Assembly: GCA_965225945.1 (NCBI GenBank)
Contig: CBDDBZ010000032.1
Span: forward strand, 64,001-128,000
Length of the DNA stretch: 64,000 bases
Direction: 5' to 3'
From: Alphaproteobacteria bacterium
Lineage (GTDB): Bacteria; Pseudomonadota; Alphaproteobacteria; GCA-2731375
The position numbers were made by a program, and so were the translations under genes. Positions 31,946-42,710 of the stretch are shown one piece after another. Numbering within the stretch: position 1 is the first letter of the stretch; every line of letters begins with the position of its first letter. Under the pieces are notes generated by a model that saw only the letters and a list, made by a program, of their open reading frames with translations, was not told the origin of the DNA and did not search any database.

Positions 31946-32152
31946 ATTAGCGACCGCGACCGACTGCTCACGCGCGCTGAAGTGGAAAGCCGCGTCGGGC
32001 TCACGAAGACCTCGATTTACCGAATGATGCGGGCGGGCCAATTCCCGGAGCCGTTGAGGATCAGCACACGCGCCGTTCGATGGTCAGCGTCCGAGATTGA
32101 GGCATGGCTTGCCGACCGCCCGCGGGCGAGCGGCGAAGCGCAAGCCGCCTGA
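31946..32152 (+). CDS. alpA: AlpA-family regulator/excisionase (apparent ATT start)
   Basis: RLLTRAEVESRVGLTKTSIYRMMRAGQFPEPLRISTRAVRWSASEIEAWL. SD AAGGAGG at 31934-31940. Confidence 0.85.
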   Translation: MSDRDRLLTRAEVESRVGLTKTSIYRMMRAGQFPEPLRISTRAVRWSASEIEAWLADRPRASGEAQAA

Positions 32153-32182
32153 AAATGCCTGACAGGGCTTTCAACGGCCGGC

Positions 32183-33508
32183 TGTCGTTCCTCAAATCCT
32201 ATTCTGCGGCGCGGGTGGGTCCGAGACGAACGACCCGGGCGACAGTGTCGGTCGTTGGACCTGGCGGAAAGATTGCAACGGTCGCATCGACCGATATGCA
32301 CAAGCTGAATGTTGGCGCTGTGTTCTTTTTTTCAACGGTGTCGGCGCAGCGGAAACGGGCCGCTCGCTTCTAGCAGCACCTCCTGGGGCAAATGCCGTTG
32401 TCGGTCCTTAGGCCGCGAGGCGCTCGTACCGGTGATGAAGTCCTCCAACTCGAGGAAACGCAACCACCTTTCCGCCGTCGGCCGACTGGACGGGCCGTCC
32501 GTCGGGCGTATCCTTCCCGAGCGCCAAGTGCGTGCGAGACCCGTGGTAGTAGGCGAGGTAGGAACAAAGAATCTGTCGGAGATGGCGCTCGTTGAGAACA
32601 ATGACGTGGTCCAGACAATCTCGCCTGATCGAGCCGATTGCCCTTTCGACGAACGGATTTTGCCATGGGCTTCGCGGCGCCGTCACAACCTCCTCGATGC
32701 CCATCGCCTTCAACCGCGCCCGAAACTCCTGACCGTACGCCCCGTCCCGATCACACATGATATACCGTGGTGCCGTGTCCCACGGAAAAACCTCGCGGAT
32801 CTGCTGCGCCACCCACGCCGTGGTCGGGTGTGCTGTAACACCGACGTGCTCGATGCGCCGCCGTTCGTGGCGTAGCACGATGAAGACGAACAGAACGGCG
32901 AACGTGGCCGTCGGCACCACAAAGAAATCGGCCGAGACGAGGCAGCCGACGTGGTTGTCGAGGAACGTCCGCCACGTCTGCGACGGTGGCTTCCGATGCC
33001 GCACCATGTACCTCGATACCGTCGCCCCCGATGCCTCGATTCCCAGCTTCATGAGTTCGCCGTGGATGCGAGGAGCGCCCCACAAGGGGTTCTCCCGACA
33101 CATTCGACGGATGAGTTCGCGGACATCCTTGGGCACCGGAGGCCGTCCTGGTTTGCCGCGCCTGGATTTCCAGGTCCAGAATGCACGAAATCCCCTGCGG
33201 TGCCAGCCGATGACGGTTTCCGGCCTTACGATCACCAGCACCTCGCGCCAGCGCGGCCAAAGGCGGGAAAGGATGACCCAGAACAAGCGGTCCAGCGTCT
33301 GGAGCCGCGGCCGTCGCCGTTCCCGCTTCAGGATTGCCACCTGCTGGCGGAGGGCGAGGTTTTCCAGGTGTAGCGACGCGCGGCTGAGGAAGCTCTCGCG
33401 CAGCGTGGTGGAGAGAATCATGATGGTCGCTTGCATGCCGACGACGGTAGTCGGCAGTGGCCGGAAACGCTATGATTTCTGCGGCAGATGGGGTTTTGAC
33501 GAGCCACA
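32183..33508 (-). mobile_element. IS481-like element (rve integrase core), copy 1
   Basis: TGT...ACA termini with imperfect IRs (TGTCGTTCCTCAAATCC / TGTGGCTCGTCAAAACC). Near-identical to 50256-51579. Confidence 0.8.
32408..33436 (-). CDS. Integrase-core (rve) DDE transposase
   Basis: LENLALRQQ, WGAPRIHGEL, ADFF, DRD, WQNPFVERAIGSIRRDCLD, GGLHHRY. Confidence 0.88.
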   Translation of the reverse strand: MQATIMILSTTLRESFLSRASLHLENLALRQQVAILKRERRRPRLQTLDRLFWVILSRLWPRWREVLVIVRPETVIGWHRRGFRAFWTWKSRRGKPGRPPVPKDVRELIRRMCRENPLWGAPRIHGELMKLGIEASGATVSRYMVRHRKPPSQTWRTFLDNHVGCLVSADFFVVPTATFAVLFVFIVLRHERRRIEHVGVTAHPTTAWVAQQIREVFPWDTAPRYIMCDRDGAYGQEFRARLKAMGIEEVVTAPRSPWQNPFVERAIGSIRRDCLDHVIVLNERHLRQILCSYLAYYHGSRTHLALGKDTPDGRPVQSADGGKVVAFPRVGGLHHRYERLAA

Positions 33509-33644
33509 GGCGTCTCCTCGGCGGTGCCGGGCAGCCCCGTCGACGGCGGAGGCCTGCCCGTAAGCGCCTTCTGAACCCGCGGAGGTCAGGGTATCACCCT
33601 GCGACTCGCTCTGCTTTCAATTGCCAAGGCCGACGTACAAGCGC

Positions 33645-33672
33645 GGGGAGCGACGCTTCTGCGTCGTTCCCC
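33645..33672 (-). terminator. Stem-loop downstream of the ABC operon
   Basis: GGGGAGCGACGC-TTCT-GCGTCGTTCCCC, about 60 nt after the SBP stop. Confidence 0.5.
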
Positions 33673-33732
33673 ACTTGGCCCATAAGCAATGGCAGCGTCC
33701 GGCGATGGCCTACGCCACGCCTGGGTACTCCG

Positions 33733-34605
33733 TTACTTGTTGGTGATCAGCTCATCCCGGTAGGCCGCGAAGCGGTCCCTCATGAAGCCGGTGCTGATCA
33801 TGCGATCGCAGAACATATCGAGGAAAAACTTCCATTCCGGATCGCCGTAGCGGCAGGCCCAGGTGTTGGGCAGCAGCTGGAAGGGGTGCTCCGGATCCAC
33901 CACATAGGCCCAGTCGTTGGAGCCCACGAAGACCTCGGCGTCGAAATCGCCGTCCATGAACAGATGGGCCTGCTTGGTGCGCACCGGCTCGGCCACGAGT
34001 GCGATCTGCCCGGGGATGTCTATGATCTTCGCCTTCGGGAAGTCGACCTTGACCTGGTTCGCGATTGAGGACCCCAGATTGGCGGCAAAGATTACGTCCG
34101 CGTGATTGAAGTCGGCCGCGGTGCGGAATCGGTCCTTGTTGTCCTTATGGGCGACCGCGACAAACCCTTTGTGGTGAATGGGGCCGGCATAGGCGATGAC
34201 CAATGCCCTGGGCACGGTGTAGGTGAGCGAGGAGACGAATAGGTCGAAGTCCCCCTTGCGAAGGCCCACCGTGGCGTTCTGCCACAATATTTCCTTGAAC
34301 TCGATCTCGACCTCGGTTTCCTTGCCGAGAAACACGGTGGCGTCGTGGAAAATTCCGCGTAGTTTGTTGGTCTTCACATCGAGATAGAAGTTGGGCTTGG
34401 TCTGGGCGAAGCCGACGGTGAGCTTACCTGTCCTCTTCATCTTGGCGAGGACGGAGTCCTCGGCTATGCCGGTCTTGAGCAGCTGGGCGTGGGCCTCTTT
34501 GATCGACCCGCTGGCGGCGATCGCTCCGGCGGCCGCTACCGCGCCTCCGACCCCCACCGCCGTTCGCATCAGGGTTCTCCGATCCATGCTCGGCAATTCA
34601 GTCAT
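33733..34605 (-). CDS. Polar amino-acid ABC substrate-binding protein, Tat-exported
   Basis: MDRRTLMR leader, GKLTVG, VGLRKGDFDL, TVPRA. Confidence 0.85.
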   Translation of the reverse strand: MTELPSMDRRTLMRTAVGVGGAVAAAGAIAASGSIKEAHAQLLKTGIAEDSVLAKMKRTGKLTVGFAQTKPNFYLDVKTNKLRGIFHDATVFLGKETEVEIEFKEILWQNATVGLRKGDFDLFVSSLTYTVPRALVIAYAGPIHHKGFVAVAHKDNKDRFRTAADFNHADVIFAANLGSSIANQVKVDFPKAKIIDIPGQIALVAEPVRTKQAHLFMDGDFDAEVFVGSNDWAYVVDPEHPFQLLPNTWACRYGDPEWKFFLDMFCDRMISTGFMRDRFAAYRDELITNK

Positions 34606-34692
34606 GCTATGTCCCTCCTCGGGTATATGGCGGACCACGACGGACCGCTTTCGTCGATGCGGCCGGACGGCCGCGGTTCTAGGTACGAAGAC

Positions 34693-35355
34693 TCATGTGT
34701 AGCGTTCCCGTATTCGGTCGGTGTACCACTTGAACAGCAGCGCGATCGCGGTGATGAGGACGATGTAGATCAGCGCCGTGACCGACAGAATCGCGATCGG
34801 CTCGAACCAGATGGCACTAAGGCGAAGCGCCTGATACATCAGATCGGGCACCGCGATGACGGAGACCAGTGTAGACGATTTAATGACCACCAGGAACTGG
34901 TTCATGATCGAAGGCGCCATCGTGTAGACGGCTTGCGGCATCACGATGCGGCGCATGATCAGGACGCTTCCCATCCCCTGCGCGCGGCCCACCTCGATGT
35001 GGCCGCGATCGATGCCTTCGATGCCGGCCCGGAACGTCTCCGCCAGGTAGCCCGCCGATTGCACCGCGAGCGCCGCGCAGCCGGCCTCGAAGAAGGTGTT
35101 CGGCCAGCCGATGACCCCGGGCCATACGTAGTTGACCCACATGAGCTGAACGTAGATCGGCGTGGCGCGAAAGAACTCGATGAAGAACCGCGCCGGCCAT
35201 CTGAGCGGCTTGACGTACATCGAAGTCAAGCACAGCGCGAGCCCCACCACCACCGCGCCGGCAAAGCCGATGGCGGTGACCTGCAGCGTCACCACGAGCC
35301 CGTCCATCATGACATCGCGGTGGCGCCACAGCGTACGAGACCAGGCTGAATCCAT
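34693..35355 (-). CDS. Amino-acid ABC permease
   Basis: IEFFRATP, AETFRAGI, IVMPQA, IKSSTLVSVI. Confidence 0.9.
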   Translation of the reverse strand: MDSAWSRTLWRHRDVMMDGLVVTLQVTAIGFAGAVVVGLALCLTSMYVKPLRWPARFFIEFFRATPIYVQLMWVNYVWPGVIGWPNTFFEAGCAALAVQSAGYLAETFRAGIEGIDRGHIEVGRAQGMGSVLIMRRIVMPQAVYTMAPSIMNQFLVVIKSSTLVSVIAVPDLMYQALRLSAIWFEPIAILSVTALIYIVLITAIALLFKWYTDRIRERYT

Positions 35356-35367
35356 AGCCTTGGCCCC

Positions 35368-36075
35368 CTACTTGGTTTTCTCGCGCCAGGGGTCGGAGAA
35401 CCTCTGCGCGAGCGTCGAGAATGTAAAAATCAGCAGGAAGTAGATAATCGCCGCGCCCGAATACAGCGGCAGCGCCTTGCCCGTCGACATCGATACCAGC
35501 GAGACCTGATAGAGCAGATCCGGGACCGCGATCAGCGACACCAGCGTCGTTGCCTTGAACAGCGAGACCAGCTGGTTCATCGCCTCGGGCAGCATGTGGC
35601 GCACCGCCTGGGGCAGGACAATTCGACGCAACGCGAGGGTCCGCGACATGCCGAGCGAGCGGGCCGCCTCGAGATGTCCCTTCGGCACCGCGAGGATGCC
35701 GGCCCGGAAGGTCTCGGTGAAATAGCCGCTGGAGGCGAGGCCGAGGGCGATGACCGCCGCGAGCAACGGCGAGAAGCTGATGTTCCCTCCCAGGACCATG
35801 CTCAGAAGCAGCGGCGGCACGTAGAAGATCCAGATCAGCGTGATGTACTCGGGCGTGTTTCGGCACAGCTCCGTGTATAACATGGCGACGCCGCGCAACA
35901 CGATATTCGAGCTCAGCCGCATAACGGCGGCGACCAGGCCAAGACCGATCGCGACGCCGACGGTCAGGAAGAAGACGTAGAAGTTGTACAAGATACCCGG
36001 GAGCAGGACGGCCCGGTATTCCCAGAATAGCTGCGGATCAAAGGCCCCGAGGGCCTGAGTGAGGCTCTCCGACAT
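35368..36075 (-). CDS. Amino-acid ABC permease
   Basis: YTELCRNTP, ETFRAGILAVPKGHLEAARSLG, IVLPQA, KATTLVSLI. Confidence 0.9.
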   Translation of the reverse strand: MSESLTQALGAFDPQLFWEYRAVLLPGILYNFYVFFLTVGVAIGLGLVAAVMRLSSNIVLRGVAMLYTELCRNTPEYITLIWIFYVPPLLLSMVLGGNISFSPLLAAVIALGLASSGYFTETFRAGILAVPKGHLEAARSLGMSRTLALRRIVLPQAVRHMLPEAMNQLVSLFKATTLVSLIAVPDLLYQVSLVSMSTGKALPLYSGAAIIYFLLIFTFSTLAQRFSDPWREKTK

Positions 36076-36086
36076 CGCGGGGCCAC

Positions 36087-36881
36087 TCAATGCAGGATAG
36101 TGGAGAAAAACTGTCGGCTGCGCTCGCTCTTCGGGTTCATGATGACCTCCTCCGGGGTTCCCTCTTCTTCGATCAGGCCGTCGTGCAACAGCAGCACCCG
36201 GTCGGAGACCTCGCGGGCGAAGCCGATCTCGTGCGTCACCACGATCATGGTCGTGCCTTCTTCGGCGAGCGCACGCATGACACCGAGGACTTCGCCGATC
36301 AGCTCGGGGTCGAGCGACGAGGTCGGCTCGTCGAACAGCATGACTTTCGGCTGCATCGCCAGCGCCCGCGCGATGGCGACCCGCTGCTGCTGCCCGCCCG
36401 AGAGACGCACCGGATACTGATCTTTCTTGTCCAGCAGGTCGATCTTCTCGAGAAGCTGCATCGCAATGTCCTCGACGTCCCGGCGCGGCTGCTTGCGAAC
36501 TCGCAGCGGCGCCTCGATGATGTTCTCGAACGCCGTCATGTGCGGCCACAGATTGAACTGCTGGAAGACCATGCCGATTTCGCTGCGCAGGGCGTTGATC
36601 TCGGCCTGCCGCGCGGGGCGCCGCCGGCCGTTGTCGTCGACCCGGAATCCCATCGGACGGCCGTCGATGTAGGTCTCGCCCGACGTCGGCTCTTCCAGGA
36701 AGTTGATGCATCTGAGCAGCGTCGTCTTGCCCGAGCCGCTCGCTCCCAGCATGGTCAGAACGTCGCCCTTGTGCACCTCCATGGAGATGCCCTTGAGGAC
36801 CTCCAGGTTGCCGAAATTTTTGTGCAGGTCGACGACCTTGACGACCACGTCGGAGTCGGTCGATGGGGATCGATCGCGCAT
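36087..36881 (-). CDS. Amino-acid ABC ATP-binding protein (GlnQ-like)
   Basis: GASGSGKT, VFQQFNL, LSGGQQQRVAIARAL, FDEPTSSLD, VTHE. Confidence 0.92.
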   Translation of the reverse strand: MRDRSPSTDSDVVVKVVDLHKNFGNLEVLKGISMEVHKGDVLTMLGASGSGKTTLLRCINFLEEPTSGETYIDGRPMGFRVDDNGRRRPARQAEINALRSEIGMVFQQFNLWPHMTAFENIIEAPLRVRKQPRRDVEDIAMQLLEKIDLLDKKDQYPVRLSGGQQQRVAIARALAMQPKVMLFDEPTSSLDPELIGEVLGVMRALAEEGTTMIVVTHEIGFAREVSDRVLLLHDGLIEEEGTPEEVIMNPKSERSRQFFSTILH

Positions 36882-37029
36882 GCGTGGCTCCCAGTGTCGC
36901 TTGCGAACCGTTGTCCACCCGGAAGGATAGGGCAATTGGCGGGCCTATGGCACCACCCCGCCTGTGATCGTCAGGCGCGCCTGGCGAAACTCGGCGCCGG
37001 CATGCGCAGTTTGGGTCGCTCGGGTGATG

Positions 37030-37511
37030 AACTCTATCACCCCCAGCTCGACGACGCCATCGACCTCGTCCGCGCTTTTCCGGGCACGGTCTTCATCTTG
37101 AACCATTTCGGCGGCCCCCTCGGGATCGGCCCCTATGCCGGCCGCCGCGAGGAGGTCTTCCAGGACTGGCGCCCCAAGATCGTCGAGCTCGCCAAATCCC
37201 CGAACGTGGTCGCGAAGCTTGGCGGCATCAACATGATCATGAACGGCTTCGGCTGGCACGAGCGGGAGCGGCCGCCGAGCTCGGAAGAGCTGGCCGAGGC
37301 GACCCGGCCCTACTACGAACACACCATCGAGCAATTCGGCACAGACCGCTGCATGTTCGAATCGAACTTTCTCGTGGACAAGCACTCCTGCAGCTACAAT
37401 GTGCTCTGGAACGCCTTCAAGCGCATCGCCAGCGGCTTTTCCGCGGACGAGAAGGCCAGCTTGTTCCACGATACGGCCGCAAGGGTCTACCGGCTCGACG
37501 AGGCGCCCTGA
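37030..37511 (+). pseudogene. C-terminal fragment of amidohydrolase_2-family protein
   Basis: YHPQL, ILNHFGGP, NVVAKLGG, FGTDRCMFESNF. N-terminal half missing. Confidence 0.75.
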
Positions 37512-37521
37512 ACCACCCGCG

Positions 37522-38277
37522 TCAGGGAATGGTGACGCGGCCGCCGCAGGCGATCAGGGTCTGGCCGGTGGTGAAGCTCGATCGCTCGGAGAGCAGGAAG
37601 AGCGCCATCTCGGCGATCTCTTCGGGCCGTCCGAGGCGCTTCAGCGGAGTGGCCTCGATCATGGCCTCGCGGCGCTTCGGATCCATCGGCGCGATCAAGT
37701 CGGTGTCGATCAACCCCGGCGCCACCGTGTTGATCCGGATCTCTGGCGCGAAGGTGGCGGAGCAGTTGCGGACGAAGGCGATCACGGCCGCCTTCGAGGT
37801 GGCGTACTCGATGCCAAGCGGCCGGGGGCGTAGCCCGGCGTCGGAGGCGATGCAGACGATCCGGCCGTAGCCCCGCTCGATCATGCCCTCCTTCACCGCC
37901 ATGATCGGCAGGAAGGTGCCGTCGAGGTTGACGGTCATGATCCGCCGCCAGGTCTCGTAGGTCATCGGCCCGGGCTCGCCGAGTCGGGAGATGCCGGCAT
38001 TGCAGACCAGAAGGTCGACCGGCCTCAGGGCCTGCTCGACCGCACGCACCGCATCGTCGACCTGATCGGGATCGGAGACGTCGGCTTTGACGGCCAAGGC
38101 GGTACCGCCCCCGCCTTCGATCTCCACCTTGACTGCTTCCGCGGCTTCGGAGTCGCGGACGTAGTTGACCGCAACCTTGGCCCCCGCCTCTGCCAGGCGG
38201 CGACAGATCGCCCGGCCGATGCCCCGGGAGCCACCCGTCACCAGCGCCGTTTTCCCGGCAAGCTCACGGTCTGTCAT
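37522..38277 (-). CDS. SDR oxidoreductase (FabG-like)
   Basis: [23 protein letters not shown]. Confidence 0.9.
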   Translation of the reverse strand: MTDRELAGKTALVTGGSRGIGRAICRRLAEAGAKVAVNYVRDSEAAEAVKVEIEGGGGTALAVKADVSDPDQVDDAVRAVEQALRPVDLLVCNAGISRLGEPGPMTYETWRRIMTVNLDGTFLPIMAVKEGMIERGYGRIVCIASDAGLRPRPLGIEYATSKAAVIAFVRNCSATFAPEIRINTVAPGLIDTDLIAPMDPKRREAMIEATPLKRLGRPEEIAEMALFLLSERSSFTTGQTLIACGGRVTIP

Positions 38278-38785
38278 ACGCCATGAATTCTTGATCTATG
38301 GGCCATCGCCACTTCGGGCAGACCGCAACTCCGACATCCTCAGCCGATCAATCCGACATACCCCGTATGACCGTCGGTTGGAAGGCATGAGGAGTCGGAC
38401 GACTGCATAGTACCGAAGAAGCCTCGATCAAAGCCGAGTAGCAGATCCGCGGTGTGCGCGGCCATGAAGACTGCGACGGTGCGGGCTTCGTCGAAATAGC
38501 GCAGGTCGGCGGCGGCTCTGGTCGCCTCGAACTCGACCCGGATCAGCGATTCGAACTCGCGCTGCATCGTCGATGAAGTCCACGCCCAAAAGAGCGACTG
38601 GGTTGCTGGCACCGTGGGCGCTCGCGTCGCAGTGACCGCCGATGCCGACTGGCAGGCCTTCGTCGCGAAAAGCCTCGAGATGATCGAGGAGATGCAAAAT
38701 AGCATCATGCTGCCCGCCGGCCATTCGCCGCTGCAATAGGAGGTAGGCGAGCCGGGGCGAAGCCAGGGGAAATTATCACGATTTA

Positions 38786-39562
38786 CTAATCGGGGATTAT
38801 GCCACCGTCGACGTTATAGGACTGGCCGGTGATGTTTCTGGCACCGGGCGAGGCCAGAAAGACCGCCATGGCGGCGATATCGGAGGGCTCGTTGGCGCGG
38901 CCAAGCGGGATCGCCTCCGCGCGGCGGCGTTCCATGGCTTCCAGGCTCAAGCCTTCCTGTTCGGCGCGGACGCGCAGGTTGGCCTCCGAGAGCGCTGTCC
39001 GCGTCACGCCGGGGCAGATGGCGTTGACGTTGATGTCGTGTTGGCCGAGCTGCTGCGCGGCGGTCTTGGTCAAGCTGATGACCGCGCCCTTGCTCGCGGC
39101 ATAGGCCACGTTGGAGGTGCCGGCGTATCCCTTGCCGGCGATCGAGGCGATGTTGATGATCCGTCCCCTTCGACGCGGGATCATGACCCGGGCCGCGCTC
39201 TGGAGGCAAAAGAACAGGCCCCTTGCATTGACCCGGTGGATGCGATCCCAATCCGCCTCGGTGATCTCCATGATATCCGCGCGACGCGTCACGCCGGCGT
39301 TGTTAACCAGAATGTCGAGGCGATCGAATTCCGCCACGACACCGGCGATCATCCCCCGGATATCCTCGACATCGCCGACATCGGCGGTGATCGCCGAGGC
39401 ACGGCCGCCCTCGGCGGCGATGCTCCGGGCCGTCTCCTCAGCGAGCGCGGCGTCGATGTCGGCCGCGATCACGGTCGCGCCCGCCGCGGCAAGCGCACTG
39501 GCGCAGGCGGCGCCGATGCCTTGCCCGGCGCCGGTCACGAGGGCGATCTGGTCGTTCGACAT
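38786..39562 (-). CDS. SDR oxidoreductase (polyol dehydrogenase-like)
   Basis: TGAGQGIG, NNAG, YAASK, ITGQSYNVDGG. Confidence 0.9.
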   Translation of the reverse strand: MSNDQIALVTGAGQGIGAACASALAAAGATVIAADIDAALAEETARSIAAEGGRASAITADVGDVEDIRGMIAGVVAEFDRLDILVNNAGVTRRADIMEITEADWDRIHRVNARGLFFCLQSAARVMIPRRRGRIINIASIAGKGYAGTSNVAYAASKGAVISLTKTAAQQLGQHDINVNAICPGVTRTALSEANLRVRAEQEGLSLEAMERRRAEAIPLGRANEPSDIAAMAVFLASPGARNITGQSYNVDGGIIPD

Positions 39563-39738
39563 GTCGGACCTTCTCCAAAAGCGATCCCGTCCAAAGCCCG
39601 AGCATATACGACGATCCCGGACTTGGCTCGCCGCCCGCGCCGTGTGGAATTGGAAAAGGGACAGGTTGCAAGTCTCCTCGGTCGCTGCGCTGAATTAGTC
39701 GGACGGCGACGAGGACGGCGAGGCAGCGGGACGGTGCG

Positions 39739-40707
39739 ATGAAGAGGAAGGTGTTGGGCAGGACGGGACTGGAGGTCCCCATCGTCGGATTGGGCACCGT
39801 CTTCATCGGCGGGCAACTGCAAGGCGGCGCGCCGGGAGAGTTGGACGTGGAGCGCGGGGTCGCGACCGTCGTGGCGGCGATGGAGGCGGGCTGTACGCTG
39901 ATCGACACGGCGCCGAACTATGGCGATACCGTTGCCGAGACCATCATCGGCCGCGCGCTCGCGGCGCGTCCGGATCTGGCCAAGGGCGTGACGGTGACGA
40001 CCAAGGTCGGCCGCACGGCGGCCGGGCGGGACTACGGCTACGATGCGGTGATGCGGAGCGTCGAGGCGAGCCGGGTGCGGCTCGGGCTCGACCGCTTCGA
40101 GATTGTCTACATCCATGATCCCATGGGGCTGCCGCTCGAGGAAGTGCTGGGCAAGGACCGCGCGCTCGGCGCGCTTCGCAAGCTGCAGGACGAAGGCGTC
40201 GTCGGCTTCGTCGGGGCGGCGGCCAACGATCCCGATGCCAACGGCCCCTTCATCGAGACGGGCGAGTTCGACGTCGCCGTCGTGCCGGACGCCTGGAGCC
40301 TGCTGAACCAGAGTGCCGAGCGCTATATCTTCCCGGCGGTTGAAAAGCACGATGTCGGGGTCGCCGTGGCGACACCGATCGAGCGTGGCCTACTCGCCAC
40401 CGGGCCGATCGAAGGGGTGGCGTATTCGGGCCGCGATTTCTCGCCCGAGATTTTGGCGCACGCGGGCGAGATAAAGCGGGTTTGCGACGATCATGGCGTT
40501 CCGATGGTCGCGGCGGCGCTGCAATGGTGTGTCCGCCATCCCTTGGTCGCCACGACCATTCCCGGTGCCAGGACGGTCGAGGAGGCGGTTCAGAACACCG
40601 AAGCGGGCGGCATGGAATTGTCCGGGGCGTTTTGGGCCGATCTCGAGCCGCTGGCGAGGGACTTTAGCGGAGCGGGATATTTTACGCCGGCGTTGACGAG
40701 GCTTTAG
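39739..40707 (+). CDS. Aldo/keto reductase
   Basis: LGRTGL, IDTAPNYG, TTKVG, VYIHDP, TTIPGAR. Confidence 0.9.
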   Translation: MKRKVLGRTGLEVPIVGLGTVFIGGQLQGGAPGELDVERGVATVVAAMEAGCTLIDTAPNYGDTVAETIIGRALAARPDLAKGVTVTTKVGRTAAGRDYGYDAVMRSVEASRVRLGLDRFEIVYIHDPMGLPLEEVLGKDRALGALRKLQDEGVVGFVGAAANDPDANGPFIETGEFDVAVVPDAWSLLNQSAERYIFPAVEKHDVGVAVATPIERGLLATGPIEGVAYSGRDFSPEILAHAGEIKRVCDDHGVPMVAAALQWCVRHPLVATTIPGARTVEEAVQNTEAGGMELSGAFWADLEPLARDFSGAGYFTPALTRL

Positions 40708-40761
40708 GCCTGCGCACGCAGCATCGACATCGAGGAATGACCCGACGGAAGGACCGCGCTG

Positions 40762-41319
40762 ATGACAACGAGTCATAAGATCAAAACTGAGCCTATGACA
40801 GCAGAGACCTTCGCCCCATTCGGTGAGCTATGGGACGCGACAGATCGACCCGACGACCAGCGTTTAGTATGCCCGACTAGCTACACATATGTCGGGAAAA
40901 CCATCGTCAGCGTTATTTGGCAGCCTTACGGCGGATTGACTTTCAATCAAATGGAGCGTCATTTTGGTGTCACGCAGAGCTTCGTTCAATTGTCTGGGTC
41001 TCCTACCGTGGTGTGTGTGGCCGCGCCAACCAATACGGAACTTCCGACCGACGTACCCGACCCCGCCGATGTCCGGGCCTTCCTCATAGATCCCGCGAAG
41101 GGATATTCCTTCAAGAGGGGCACTTGGCATACGAATAGGTATAATCTGGCCCCTCCTGGTTCCACGTTCCTGGTCCTGAATTCAGATCCAAATCCGACCC
41201 AGATAGTAAACTACGAGACGAGTACCGTTGCCATCTATCAAGATCTCGGGTCGGATTTGGAGCCGGAAAGAAGAGACCACGAAGGAAATTTCGGCATCGT
41301 CTTCGAAATCGCGCCATAG
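40762..41319 (+). CDS. Ureidoglycolate lyase (AllA)-like cupin
   Basis: EPMTAETFAPFG, MERH..TQSF, VRAFL, GTWH. Confidence 0.75.
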   Translation: MTTSHKIKTEPMTAETFAPFGELWDATDRPDDQRLVCPTSYTYVGKTIVSVIWQPYGGLTFNQMERHFGVTQSFVQLSGSPTVVCVAAPTNTELPTDVPDPADVRAFLIDPAKGYSFKRGTWHTNRYNLAPPGSTFLVLNSDPNPTQIVNYETSTVAIYQDLGSDLEPERRDHEGNFGIVFEIAP

Positions 41320-41569
41320 GCCGCTCTCGGGAATGTGCCGTCGTTACGCGAGGCGCCTCAGACCTTCGCCTGCCCGGCTCCTGAAACTCGCGGCACAGTC
41401 GTCCAACGCGCGGTACACTGGATCTTCACCTTAGCTCCTCGATTCGGCGCCTCGGCTCCGTCATTTCTTCGCCGACGGCGCCTACGCGGGAGGCCAATGT
41501 ACCATCGAAATCATCAAGCGGTCCCCTGGCGCCAAGGGCGACCCACCGACGCTGCTCGCCACCGACGAC

Positions 41570-42380
41570 CTGAATCCAGCTCCTCCGCCGGCCGATGGCA
41601 GAGCGTCGCCTCCCCGGTCAGCAGCGCCAGTCCGGCGACGACGCCGTAGGCGCCGAGGTTGGAGGAGTTGGCAACCACCAGCACATCGCATTCGGTGGCC
41701 GAGACGATGCCGCCGCCGCAGGCCGTCTTGTCCGCGAGGTTGAGGTCTGGCAGAGCCTCGATCAGGGCTTCACGGATGACGCCGTAGCCGATCTCGTTGC
41801 CACCGTCGGTGACCGAGATGGCCGGCTTGCCGGCGGCCCGCATCAAATCGACGCAGTCGTCGAAGGCATACTGATGCTCGGAGAGCGGAAAAGCGTTCAT
41901 ACTGTAAAGATTACCGTTGACGTTCCGGCCCAGGCGCTCGACCGCGATGAAGGCATCACTCACCTCGGCGATCCGCGAATTGGCGCCATCATCGCTACGC
42001 CTGACCGCCTCGACCGCGACCTCGGCGCCGAGATAGTCGACCAGAAATTCGATCGGCGGCGCGGTCTCGAGGTCGGTGTAGATCGTCACGGCATGGCCGA
42101 TCCGGGCCAGCACCCGGGCCAGGATCACGCTGCCGTAGGGCCCGTCGCTCTCGCCGAGCGGCATCTGCTCCGGTACCCAGGCGCCGGTGACGAGGGCGAT
42201 CCGCATCGGCGTGCCGACCAGCGGCCGCGCCGCGGCCAAGCACAGCGGCTCCTCCTGCCAGCTTCGGGCGATCTCGAAGATGCGCCACTTGAAGCCGCGC
42301 GGAATGCCTCGACGGCGCATCTCGACGGCCAGCAGCTTGTCGATATTGTCGGCGGCGATCAGCACGGCATTGGCCCTCCT
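41570..42380 (-). pseudogene. D-glutamate cyclase/DUF4392-like protein, truncated at both ends
   Basis: GESDGPYG, IAVERLG, DGGNEIGYG, SNLGAYG. Confidence 0.7.
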
Positions 42381-42424
42381 CGGCTGGCGACACGACGAGT
42401 GTAAGCCGACATTCCCCATATGAC

Positions 42425-42690
42425 CGCCGTTTTCGGCGCCAGGATCTGCCCGAACATCCGTCCCGACACGGCGACCTCCGCCATCTGGAACGTAACTTAG
42501 CGGCCGTGGCGGACCATCTTCGCGGCGGCCCAGCCGCCGGGAGCGTCCATCTCCGGGGCGGCTACACTATGAAGACGGATGCGCTCGCCGGCGACCTCGA
42601 TCGTGTCCCCGTCGATCACGCGGGCCGGGTCGATGACGTCGGCCAAGGCGACGGCTGGGAGGAGCGTGAGCAGGAGGGCCAGGCGGACCT
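42425..42690 (-). pseudogene. Thermonuclease (SNase) N-terminal fragment fused to an IS1380 transposase C-terminal scrap
   Basis: Manual translation LLLTLLPAVALAD...RVIDGDTIEVAGERIRLHSVAAPE, then MVRHGR*VTFQMAEVAV. Confidence 0.6.
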
Positions 42691-42710
42691 GTAGGTCGTC
42701 GATCGGCGGG

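Noticed and set aside
38340-38739. ORFs 38340..38708 and 38428..38736
   Set aside because: They look like a junction of two unrelated C-terminal fragments on opposite strands; no family can be supported.
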